37,315 nucleotides of DNA, taken from positions 24,930 to 62,244 of the forward strand of contig NMRA01001058.1 of assembly GCA_002633005.1 (NCBI GenBank). The letters are read 5' to 3'. Origin of the DNA: Phoronis australis (lineage: Eukaryota; Animalia; Phoronida). The translations under genes were made by a program, and so were the position numbers. This document shows, in pieces, positions 23,838 to 35,014 of the stretch. Positions within the stretch are counted from its first letter, which is position 1; each line of letters begins with the position of its first letter. The notes beneath the pieces were generated by a model. The model made no database searches. It had not been told where the DNA came from and saw only the letters and a list, made by a program, of their open reading frames with translations.

Positions 23838-25738
23838 GTTAATACTGAACTGAATTGTGTTAACCTGCATACATATCTTAATTTGCAAGTCAGTATCACC
23901 GTGTTATCGTTGGTCTGCAAGAACCGTGACAGGCTTGTATTTACAGACCACTCAATGAAATGGTTTAGTTGATTTCGTACGAGATCATACCGAAAATTAT
24001 CAACTTGCTGGTAGATAATGTTTTGAGAGAAACTGACACTGAATAGACACGTTTAGTAATAATACATTAGAATAAAGTGCATAAAACTAGAAACTTGTCC
24101 GTTACCTGTTTGCAAATGAACTTCAGAAAACGATTCATCCGAACCCTAACTAAAACCCTTTAAGCATTAAAATGTCAAATATGTTCACAAAGAAGACTAC
24201 ATGTCATATTAACAGCACTTATTTTTATCAAAAACAAACAATACATTTTTAAATACAACCAGTTTCAAGTAACGCCACTTAAAGACAAGTAGTGGCAGCC
24301 CGCTGAGACATTGTCGTGGCATTTTGGAAACAAACATTTGATTGACAAGACCGCAATTTCTCACCATTGGCCTATTTAAAAGATTGAAGTCATGAGGTCA
24401 TATCACCTAGCGGGCGCGGTAAAAATTGGAGCGTGCGCAGTGTAAATATGGTGAGTTCACGATTGTGGGAACTGAACGAGAGACTGTCCGAAGAAAAGGT
24501 TTGATAACGGGAGTATTTGTTCGAGTTGGAAGGAATTAAACAGATCGTCAACCTCGTAAGGTGTCCCTCTGTGCATGAGGTATTGGTAACAACGTGACTT
24601 TTATGTTTTAGTCAGTGCGAGGCATAATTCGCCGAAACGTTTCCGGCGTATAGAGCTCCTGTAGGAGCATCATCGTCTCTATTCCGGATGGAGACGATGG
24701 TCATTGTCTTCCGTTGGGGTTGAAAACGAATGCTACGAGTCGCCTCCGGCCTCCGTGGTCATGAACACAGAAAGTTGTGGAAAGAGATAAATCCTCACCC
24801 GAATTTTTTAATTCAGTCAAAAGGTTGACATTTCAATGTTTCGATCTCTTGCTAACGACATACTTTAACCACCGATTCGATTTTTGTAATTCATTTCTTA
24901 CTTGGTATCGTATCAGTCTTCTAGCACGTGACGTGTACAGGCTATGAACTGTGACCTACTTAGAAAGTAGGGCGTACACAACAATAAAACTTGGCAGGGA
25001 ATAATTCGTTTATTTGAGGTTTTAATGATAATTAAGTTAGTTACGCACAACAAAATCAGTTGACATTGGGAGTGAACGCTGAATTAGCTAACTTAGTTAA
25101 GGATTGTATGGGTTCTGTGTACCGATAACAAGTTTTCACCGAATAATTATCCACAGACTTCAAGATTTTCACTCGTCCCAGTTTAATCGGCTTTTTCTCG
25201 GCTTCGGCAAATCGACTTTATTTGAACTTACAAACAGTAGTTCTCGAAAACAGCTGAATGGATTTCGCTGAAACTTTCCAAACTTAATATTTAGTCATCA
25301 ATCTCAGAGATACTGTTAGGATTTTTGACATGAAAGCCTAGTTTTTGCGTAATGTGACAAAGACGAATAAGGCTACAATTTTTTACAAAAATACCTTACG
25401 TTTTGCGAGTTGATTCGTCACAGAAACCAAACGAACAGACTAATCGAAAATTCCTAACATCGTTTTTGAGGTAACTGGTGAAGTTTTCATTAAAAAAGGT
25501 TTTATTAAAATCGACCGTGGGGTTATTTTGCTATGAACGTACCTTTCTTAAAAATGAAATTTGGACTTATAAAGGTTTTTACGTAAAAATAATTATGGCT
25601 CATCAATACAAATAGTATATTTATATTCCTGGTCTTTGTTCTTTCAGAAAATATATACTTTTACTAGTTGACAAAGCTTGGTGTCTTTTTGATATACGAG
25701 TTAGAATGGAGGCCACTAAATAAGGTTGGAGATAACCG

Positions 25739-25917
25739 TAAGGGCTCACTGTTTAAATTAAAATTATTAGAGAATGTCATTAGTCAGAGAAGAGCACATA
25801 ATGAAGAAAAAATGATAGATAAATATTGCGCCTGTGACTAAAGAAAGTAACAAATTTGTAAAACATTTTGGGAACTTAGTTGAGTCCCTATCTAGGACTG
25901 TTTCATGCAACCGGGCA
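25739..25917 (+). mobile_element. Right half of split Harbinger-like MITE
   Basis: Resumes TAAGGGCTCACTGTTTAAATTA vs TAAGGCCCCAGTATTTAGTTA in the intact copy, aligns with 12222-12347, and ends in a full TIR complementary to the left half. Confidence 0.85.
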
Positions 25918-26514
25918 TAGTCGTACTTTTTAACGAAATACCATGAAATTTCAGAAGGAAACAGATTGAATTCAGTGATACAAAAAGCTCATATAACGTT
26001 GTGCCGGCGTCTCTTTGGAGTTAAAAGTGTTGTCTGACATTCTTGTCAGTTCGCCGGTGTGGTGCAAGCGTGACTCGTCATCGTTATCATGTCCCGTGTA
26101 GGCAGCGTCCTTGTCACTGACAGTGACGTCACTCACATTGACAGTGTTGAATCGTCATTGTTTACGACACTGTCTTGGCTGTAGATGTTTTTTGGTTTGG
26201 TCGTCAACTACATTTCTAAATTTTGCATTCGATTTCGCAAATGTCACACCTGACTGTAATTGTTACTTTATCTTGAAATGTTACTTTAAAATTTCAAAAC
26301 TCAGTAAACATATGTTACTTTTCACGCTTAAAAGAACAATTGCACAAACACCATGTTACACAAGCACTGACGTTTTATTAATGAACTGAAAATCATGTAC
26401 AATGTGCACACGTACCTGCGCTTATATACATTGCATAAACTCCAAGTACTGTAGGGCTTTCATGCAAGCAGCTGTGTTTATTTTTCATTCTGTTTGAAAG
26501 TTAGTAAAATACCA

Positions 26515-26958
26515 GGTACAAGTGACCCGTCCAAACAGCAAGCTAAAGGTGGTTTGTAATAGCAAACAAGATCAAGCGTCTGTTACAATCCGATTCATTT
26601 CTCTGAATCCTTGCTCACATTCAGCTGTACTGCAAGGACGAGTCTTATGTAGAGGTCCAGTTGTAGCAGAGCATTGGTAGGTTGTCAACTCTAACCGTCT
26701 CCACCATCGCTACGAACTCACACATTCCCCTTATTGCCAATCTGGCAACCAGTCCAAACCTCTCGCGAATACCTCTGACTTCGCGCTTGCCATGTCTTAC
26801 CCTAGACCCCATCGGCCACGTTTTGTGGTCCAAGAGGCTCAGGACAGAGCCAGATGACTGCTCATCAGTGTCAAGTGAACGCCTCTCCAAGTTCACAACA
26901 ACATTTTTGAATAAACTGTGCAGGAGGTATGGTCAAACTTGTCCCTTGAAGGGTTTCC
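26515..26958 (-). pseudogene. hAT transposase C-terminal remnant
   Basis: Reads NLERR...LLDHKTWP...HGKREVRGIRERFGL then PCSTAECEQGFREMNRIVT, matching the hAT dimerisation motif (S-x-A-x-C-E-R-x-F-S-x-M-N); stops and frameshifts present. Confidence 0.8.
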
Positions 26959-28007
26959 TTAAAGGAAAATGCCACCCAAAAACAACCAATTTTGTATCAA
27001 TTTAGATCGAAAAGTTTCACTCTATAACAGCAGGTTCAGTAGTTTTACCTGACACCTAACGGCAGACGTAATCGGTTCAAACGCAGCCTGTTCAGCCGTT
27101 CACGGCATGTTTACTGGTGTCAACTTATTGCTTGAATGCATCGCTTTACACCAATAAATAATCAAATTTCAATGTAAAACTCTTACAAACACATGGAGTT
27201 CTTGAACAATTATGTTGTTTTATTTTGCTGTTATATACGGATTTATAGGTATTTGAACGTACCTTAGCCTACAAAATTCGATAGGCCAATTTACCAAGGT
27301 CGGTCGCGGGAGTTTGCAGTCTGTTCGGTGACAAATTCGAATTATTTTTCCGTGAAATGCAGACAGGAGAACATAGCTGTGTGTTGTAGTTTTAGACTTG
27401 AGATTTTTTCAAATCTAAACATACAAAACGCCTGTTATCCCGGCCAGTGGCTCGGAATCCGATCAGACCCGTCGCGGCCGGACTGAAGACATCATAAACC
27501 AGCCAAAGTTGGAAATTAAACTTCCAGTCACGAAAACACTACACTAGTGAGCCAAAGAAATTATGTGCACGAGATTATTTTGGTGAATGAGCCTCGAATC
27601 TGCAAATCTACTTATTTGTGGTTGGCCTCGAAGTCCGGTTTCCCTTCCACAAAACCTTCATGACAAAAGTTGTACAGTAACAATGATTCAAATAATGTAT
27701 ATGTGTTTCTAAATTATTATTTCCCTAACATCGAGTTATTGTTTCACAACAGCTTTCTGTCAGCAAACACTGAATTAGGTTGCACTCACACGGCCTCGGT
27801 GCTCGATCAATTAGCTTTATTGCATCTAAAACCTGTAACGCAGTGATTTATTCATTGCTGGCTTCTCAAAACATTTGCACTCGCGAACACTCCTAAGGCA
27901 TTACAAATTGTATTTAACGAAACAGACTTTGTTTCAGTTTTATATAAGCATTGTTTAGGGTGAGAACACTTCATTTTGAAACAGAAAGCACAATAATAAA
28001 CGTCAAC

Positions 28008-28449
28008 GTCGCAACTAGCAATTCCGACTTATACGACTGCTCATCTGACGAAGACTTCACAGATCGATCGTTAGGTTTCACAGGCTATCACTTCGAACTG
28101 GAATACACTGATCAACAAATGCTAGAGAGGCGCTGTGAACGTGCATAGACAACGGAACGTATGGATAGTTCCGAAAACCGTTTGGATGACTTGCCATGGT
28201 GTCAGTGTGCTAACTGCACGATAATGGAATCGAGTGAAACTTGCGTTTACTACTGACGCTTGCATTTGCTGCCAAGAAATTTTGCAAGTGAAACGCATTC
28301 TTGGAGAAGCTCAGATGTGTCTCACGGACCATCCTTATTTTGCTTCGCATCTAAATAGAGGTGTGGTTACGACGTTTTTAAGGCTGGGAAAAAGAGAACT
28401 GGCGAAAATATCCTACACACTGAGGACCTAACAGAAGCATGGTGAACGA
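28008..28449 (+). pseudogene. Kolobok accessory Cys-rich protein remnant (KolX / P2X7 ballast-like)
   Basis: GYHFELEY...RLDDLPWCQCANCTIM...CICCQEI...CLTDHPYF with a stop and frameshifts. ATG is retained in copy 2 (32942). Donor gtaagt at 28450. Confidence 0.8.
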
Positions 28450-29160
28450 GTAAGTCATCAAACAGGTTATGTAAAACATTATGTTCTCATGCCTTGAATA
28501 AATTGTATTTGGTTATGTTTTCATGGCCAGCACCAATTCTCCATAATCAAAAACTGATCAGCAACTAGACAGCATTCCTTTGTCTCATGACGGCGACATC
28601 CCGTTGCTCTCAACTTGTTCGATTCTATAGTCCAACAACAAGTTAGAAAGTTTACCCCCGTAGCAAATATCTTGCACGACTGATTAACTCCATTATGGCA
28701 TTTAGGGTTGGAGGGCCTGCTCTCTTTTGTTCGATAATTGCTCTAATCTCCGATCAGATCGTTTCTAAACTGAGTGGACTGGGCTGATAAAAATGAAAGT
28801 TAAGTCATAACATATTTGAGCTTAAACCAATAGCATTTATGCATTCCTTGTCAAATGCTGATCATGTTCCGTTATTGAATCACCAAAATCGCCCAACTAC
28901 AACAAAAGTTAAGACAATCTATTCTGTCCAAATGGACGCACTGGGTTTGACTGTGTTCATACGTGTTCACTAATAGCGTGCAACCACCATGCGTTTCCTT
29001 TGAAGCCTGGGAGATAATTGGCCTGCTTGTTATCATACGGGAGAAAAGACTGAGTTGGGAAGTTAACAAAAGAGCCAGATGTTATCGCACGTTCAGCACC
29101 CCTCACGTCTGGAAAAGTTAGTGAACGACAGAACGCTGTAATGTCCTGCCTGCCGAACGC

Positions 29161-29431
29161 AAACACACTAGGAGCAGCATCTGACTTCAGCCTCAGTCTC
29201 TTTTTCTGCCCTGGCACGAGTTGTATGGTAAGCGGCATTCGTCAGTGAAATCATTGTTAACAAAATGCCGGCCACAGACACGGAGATGTTTAACGGTGTA
29301 CTTTTCATTCTTCACTGCCGCGAGCCAATTCCAAAGCATTACGAGCTCTCGAGAAAATCGAAAAAAAATGACATACCCAGTTTCCTCGCAGCTTCATAGT
29401 TCGCACAAGTGGGAAAGATACACCAAACCAT
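29161..29431 (-). pseudogene. THAP zinc-finger N-terminus of Kolobok transposase
   Basis: MVWCIFPTCAN...F-RFSRE...W...LRVCGRHFVNNDF...RLKSDAAPSVF (C2CH plus AVPTIF-like box) with two frameshifts. Confidence 0.88.
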
Positions 29432-29599
29432 AGCGGCACTCACTCAGCAACTGACGTCGCTGCGTCGTTTCTCACCTTCATCACAGGTTAACGCGACACC
29501 TCTCGGCGAGGGAAGATAGACTGTATACGAGGTGATTTGGATATAGACCGATTGAAACGATAAAAAAGACTAATTAAATCGATTGACATTCTCCTTTAA

Positions 29600-29860
29600 C
29601 GCATCTGTAACTGTGTCAGAACTCATAGCGTGTTCATTTATTCTGAGACGAATGTTTTGCAGTTCATTTAAGTTGTGTTCATTTTTTGGCACATTTGTTT
29701 CATAATATACTTCTAAGCACTTGGTAAATGTCCTAAATGACTTTCCTCGAGGCATTGATACTGTTCCAAACCCTTCTCCGTCATTGTTTTCTAGCGGCTT
29801 GGTGGTCTTTGCGTTGGGGGTCTTGTGGCTTCATCATGACAAGTGATTTTTATTGTTCTG
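29600..29860 (-). pseudogene. Possible BEL/Pao gag N-terminal remnant
   Basis: Reads SR*KTMTEKGLEQYQ, resembling the R-x-x-T-E-K-G motif at the start of BEL/Pao gag, followed by a helical, charged ORF; no LTR identified. Confidence 0.35.
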
Positions 29861-30937
29861 TCCCCCATAGTGCAGTCGTCAACCAGCAAAACCAAGATTA
29901 CAACACCAAATTAGTCTACTAAATTGTATTTCGCATGGTGAAAACAACAAAATGGAAGAAAACTTAATGCAGTCACAAATGACATGAAATCCACGTATCG
30001 CAAAAATAATTACCGGTACTTAGAAGTTATACAGCGATATTTCTAGGCCACACGACTGCAACACAGCAGTGGATGCCCGACGAGGACGATCTCAAAATGA
30101 TAGGTAATTCAAAAAATCTTAATGAAAAAAAGTAAAAAACCTAGGAAAACTAACTCCAGGGAACAATATTAATATATAATAGAGAAATAGTAGCAATGAC
30201 AAAATCTACTTACCATTACTTGCCTTAATATGGAAACAATATAATGTGCATGCTCGAACAATACCGAAAAACACAGCGAGCGGCACAACCGTTCTTCTAT
30301 GGTCACCACTGCACTCATTATTTACTTTACGTTGTTGTCATGGGCATCCGCTTGTCATCGCCCTTGCCTCTTATTTTGCACGTGATTTCGACAAGTGTCG
30401 GTACTTAGAGCACTTAGATTTTAAAACTTAGTAGTTGGCTTTACGGATAGCAAAGTGTTTAGCATAAACACTGTAGGCACTTCGATTACAAGTGCAGCAT
30501 CACACGCGCACGCGCGCATACATACTGTAGGTTGCTAACAAAGCGAGTTGCCGGTGTAACAAGGGTTCATGGTCATGTGAATTAAGCCGTAGAATTATTC
30601 TTAATAGTTCAAGATTCGGCAAATATTGTGTAAGTATATGCAATTTTCATCAGACGATTACGGCACTTACCTTGTTCCTTCCGGCAAATGTACCTATACC
30701 TCATGTGTGTTTTCTTCTTTAGATAATAAAATTTTCCTACAAAATTTAAAATTCGTACTGTTATCACAGGCGAAAGGATAACAACTGAGTTAAACGAGTT
30801 ATACTTACCTACTTAAATTAGATACTATCTATATAGTTGTATGCATACTGGTTTTATCTACAACCCAGACACAATGCCTCGCGATTTCTGAAATTGTCAT
30901 TATTTTCATGGTATGCTCTGTGTATTGTTGAAAAATA

Positions 30938-32089
30938 TCAAGTGTCCCAAAAAGTGAACCACTTTTTGACAAAATATTTCTCAGAAACGGATAAACCGAC
31001 TTTTTTCTTACAGACGAATCTTAGGATATCATCAACAAATGTAAAACTATCGAAGAGATCTGTGTCCAATTGTGCAAGTACTTCCAAAATAAAAGCATCA
31101 GACCAAAGTATATATTAAAAGGCAATTTGGCTTATTTCAGTCTATGCTCAATTTGCCCTCCGTCTTCCTCCATGACTAAATAGAGCCATTTCTTCCAACC
31201 AGATTTTCTCCCATGACATAATTAACCTGTCTTTCTCAGTCAGTTTGCCTCTCATTCCCTGGTAAAATTTATCCTTCAGAGAGTGCCATATTGCGTTGTC
31301 CATTGGAATCCAGTCAGGACTAAGGGGACGTTACTCATCTTTATTGATGTACGTTGGTGTGGCCTCCTCCACATGAGCTTGGGTTACCATGCTCGTGCAT
31401 GAATGAGCTCTGTCTTGCTGAATCACGTCATTGTTTTCAAAATAAAGTCATCTACAATGCGGGAGAAGATTTTCATTCAATAATTGCTTGTAGTGTTGCC
31501 TGTTAACTTCGGCTCTAACAGTGCCAATAAAATGAATATTTGTTGTTGCTTCCCAAGATACTCCAGTGGAAACAATTACATTTTTGGAAAATCTGGAACT
31601 ACAGTGTATCACGATAGAGTCGAGGAGGCTGAATTTCTCTTCTTTTTGGTTTTCCATAAAAACGAACGTTTTGGCGATTTTTATCGACTTCAAGCGTTAA
31701 GTCTTCTTCACGAGTGAAAATGATTCTTTTCAAATCAGTGGCTGAATAGTGGTCCTGCAAGTATCGGCATCCAGTTTTCTTTTCCTTCTAATATTTTGGT
31801 CTCTCCGTGATACCCACGTTCTCTTGAAGATTTTTAGCGCGAGTTTTTCGCCACCTTTTTACACAGAAGACTGGATCACTTGTAAATCGCTTGCAACTTT
31901 TCTCAGAGATTTCTGAATCCCCGCGTTGTCCTGGGATTGAATCAGTTCATCAAGACGATCCTCGTTTTCTTTCAAACATAGTTTTAGGTCCCCAACAGCC
32001 ACTTTTACGAACAACAGACCGTGTGTTACATGTTTTAGCAATAAGGCTATTTGCAGTCGCATGACTCCATCCTTTCCCTGGGAAGTCTC
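30938..32089 (-). mobile_element. Tc1/mariner maT-type (DD37D) element remnant, 3' part
   Basis: TA plus TCAAGTGTCCCAAAAAG terminus. Transposase remnant IIFTREEDLTLE..NRQNVR, and QQDRAH...SPDWIPMD with 37 residues between the last two Asp. Truncated by Kolobok copy 2. Confidence 0.85.
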
Positions 32090-32093
32090 TTAA

Positions 32094-33175
32094 AGGAGCA
32101 TGACACCCAAAAACAGCCTAATTTGTATCAATTTAGATCGAGTAGTTCTACTCCATAACGACACATACGGTTGCGTTACCTGACACCTGACGGCGGACGG
32201 AGGTGTTGAAATTATCGGATTCCGATGACGTCATCGGTTTCACACGCAGTTTGTTCAGCAGTTCATAACAGGGGTTACTGGTGTCAGCTTATCGCTTGAA
32301 GTCATCGTTTAACACCAATAAATCATCAACCTGCGATGTAAGACCCTTAAAAATACACTGAGTTCTTATAAAACGTGTTGTTTTATTTCGCTCTTACGGA
32401 TTTATTGGTATTTGCAAAGTTCGGCTGGCCAATAAGGTCCGTAGGAGGAGTTTGGGGTCTGTTTGGAAATAATTTCGAAGATTTTTCCGTGAGATACAGA
32501 CAGTATAACCTAGATCTGTGTTGTTTAGACTTGTGATTTTTTATTTCTAAACACAAAACGCTTGTTATCCTTGCCAGTGGCTCGGAGCCCGATCAGGCCC
32601 ATCGCGGCCGGCCGGATTGACTCGTTATCCCGGCCAGTGGCTCGGAAACTGATCAGACATCACGAACATAAACCAGCCAAAGTTCAGTGGAAACTAAACT
32701 TCCAGTCAAGAAAAGACTATACTAGTGAGCCTTAGTAATGTGCACCTCATTATGTTGGTGAATTAGCCACGAAACTGCAAATCTACTTACTCGTCGGGGG
32801 CCGCGAATTCAGGTTCACGAACACTCCAAAGGCATTACAAATTGCATCTAATGAGACAGACTTTGTTTCAGTTTTATATGAGTATTGGTTAGGGTGAGAA
32901 TAATTCATTTTGAAAGAGAACGCTCAGTAACAAACGTCAACATGGCAACTTGCAATCCCGACTTAGGACGAGCTAGAGCTCATCAGTCCCGACTTCGCAG
33001 GAGGATCGTTAAGTTTTACAGGCTATCAATTCGAGCAGGAATACAGTGATGAAGAAATACTAGAGAGGCGCCGTGAACAAGCTCAGACAACGGAACGTAT
33101 GAAGTTATTTGATAAGCCGACACTCGTCAGGCACTGTTGACGTCTGCAGGCAACAGACACAGAGATGTTTCACGG
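32094..33175. mobile_element. Second Kolobok copy (truncated, with a different internal deletion)
   Basis: TTAA plus AGGAGCATGACACCC. 32094-33101 aligns with 26963-28163; 33105-33175 aligns with THAP region 29221-29296. Confidence 0.88.
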
Positions 33176-33189
33176 CCTCCCTTACAAAA

Positions 33190-33645
33190 ATGAACTTAAG
33201 TTTTCATCGAAAAACTTAAGTTTTTGGTCTGAAAAACTTAAGTTTTCATTCCCGAAAACTTAAGTTTTTGGCGAAAACTTAAGTATTTTGGAACAAGTTT
33301 TTTGGAACGAACTTAAGTTTTCAAAACTTAAGTTTTCAGAAAACTTAAGTTTTCAGAAAACTTAAGTTTTTCAAAAACTTAAGTTCTGAAAACTTAAGTT
33401 TTTCAAAAACTTAAGTTTTCTGAAAACTTAAGTTCGTTCGAAAAAACTTGTTCCAAAATACTGAAGTTTTTGGAAAACTTAAGTTTCAGAAACTTAAGTT
33501 TTTGAAAAACTTTAGTTTTGGAACAAGTTTTTAGTAACAAACATAAGTCATCAAAACTTAAGTTTTTGAAAACTAAGTTTTCCGAACATAAGTTTTCAAG
33601 GAACTAACTTTTGAAAACTGAAGTTTTCTAAAAGAAATAAGTTTC
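33190..33645. repeat. Palindromic minisatellite (AAAACTTAAGTTTT)n
   Basis: About 20 exact or degenerate copies of a 14-bp palindrome with short spacers; begins just after CCCTTACAAAAA at ~33179. Confidence 0.95.
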
Positions 33646-34517
33646 AATAGGACAGACATTCAAAAATTTCGACTTTCACTAAAACAAGAGTGGAGTACAG
33701 TAACAAAATTAAATGATTCTCATCAAGATTTAACAAACTAGAGTTCTATTAACATTTCATTAACAGTGATTAATTGCAGAAAATAAAATGCACTTCCTAA
33801 AATACACTAGTTCCTTAAAATAAGTGAACAAAAGTGAAATATCAAAATCTTAAAAACCAAAAACATTTCAAAAATCAGTTCATCAAGTGTCATGCATACA
33901 ATGCAGTGAAAACTAAATGAGGCTAATAATATATTCATTATTTGCATCGTTCTCAGTCTATGACACTTATGCGATAACTGAGGGAGCAAAATGGAATGTA
34001 CAAACAGAGAAATCACTACCAAATCATGAAACAAAACCAAAGAAAATGTGATTACATAGCCAGGAAGGACTACAACAAAAGTCTACGTTTCAACAGCAGA
34101 CTTTTTCAACTAAAATTACAGCAATGGCACCAAGAATAACAAATCACTGAATATGCAAAATCCAAGAATATCCGCAGAGACAAAAGCATAACATAAAACG
34201 TAACAGGTAACTAAAAGTTTATCGACAATGGCCACGGGTTTTTGGGAAGTACAATCCTTATGCTAGAAATAGTGCCTATAAATGACTAGAATCACCTATA
34301 ATTGTTAGCAACCTTAAAAATATCAATTTAAAAGTCAAAGTTTCGTTTTGTTGACAATCATAATAACAGTAAATCCAATACACTCCATGGTGCAAACAAG
34401 TTTCACTAAAAGTAACCCTAAGTACAACCTGGTTATACGAGATGGAAATTAGAAAACTTGAACACAAAAATATTCTTTTTCCAGTAATTTAAAGCTACTG
34501 AACTTCATACACATATA

Positions 34518-35014
34518 GGGCCTTTCATACTAACATAGACTCGTTGACGTTTTTGGGAGTTAATGTCAAGTTGAACGCTTAAACTTTGGTCCTGGAAGGA
34601 AGTTAACAGCGCCAGTTAACTTCGCACTAAACAGGTGGATTTAATTGCTTAGCGTCAAAGCTGCCACGCAGTATAAACGATCAAATTCAGTCCTATCGAA
34701 GTTATTGCCAGGGGCCACTGTTATCATTAACAAATTCACAGTAGTGTGATGGCTAATAGTTGCTTATACCTTGCTATAATAATCACCAATCAATTTAAAA
34801 ATACGTTTTATGTCAATTAACACATGTAAATGTTCCCAAGTTGTCACATCTTAGCGTGCAGTGCTACCTTGCGATACCTTCGATCACGACAGCGTCACCT
34901 ACTGTTTACTTTGAAGTTCATTAACTACGGAAGCCAGAATGAACGGTCCAGTTAACTTCGCAGTGTACGCCGATGCTCCGCTCAGACAAGAGTTAAGTCA
35001 ATGTGAAAGGGCCC
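34518..35014. mobile_element. MITE
   Basis: TIRs GGGCCTTTCATACTAAC / GTCAATGTGAAAGGGCCC, flanked by TA on both sides; internal CCAGTTAACTTCGCA occurs twice. Confidence 0.72.

Larger units (their letters stand above)
15711..24710. mobile_element. 9.0-kb DNA transposon with long TIRs and 9-bp TSD (AcademH-like, decayed)
   Basis: TIRs 15711-~15998 and ~24438-24710; termini TAGACAAT / ATTGTCTT; TSD CCGTTGGCG (15702-10) / CCGTTGGGG (24711-19); contains transposase-like remnants. Confidence 0.8.
15307..25738. mobile_element. Non-autonomous TIR element (~1.4 kb of own sequence: 15307-15710 plus 24720-25738) hosting a 9-kb insert
   Basis: Termini CGTTATCTCGTACCTT / AAGGTTGGAGATAACCG, flanked by TAA (15304-06, 25739-41; a TA duplication is also readable). 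Superfamily undetermined. Confidence 0.75.
26963..29595. mobile_element. Kolobok DNA transposon (internally deleted)
   Basis: TTAA at 26959-62 and 29596-99; short TIRs AGGAAAATGCCA / TGACATTCTCCT; convergent THAP and Cys-rich gene remnants. Confidence 0.85.

Noticed and set aside
27951-29431. Host P2X7 receptor or THAP gene
   Set aside because: No channel domain, frames are disrupted, and both lie inside Kolobok termini.
33171-33175. CACGG as a transposon terminus before the palindromic array
   Set aside because: It aligns with the Kolobok THAP sequence (29292-29296), so the new element starts after it.
33190-33645. CRISPR-like repeat/spacer appearance
   Set aside because: Spacers are only a few bases and not unique, there are no cas genes, and the context is eukaryotic.
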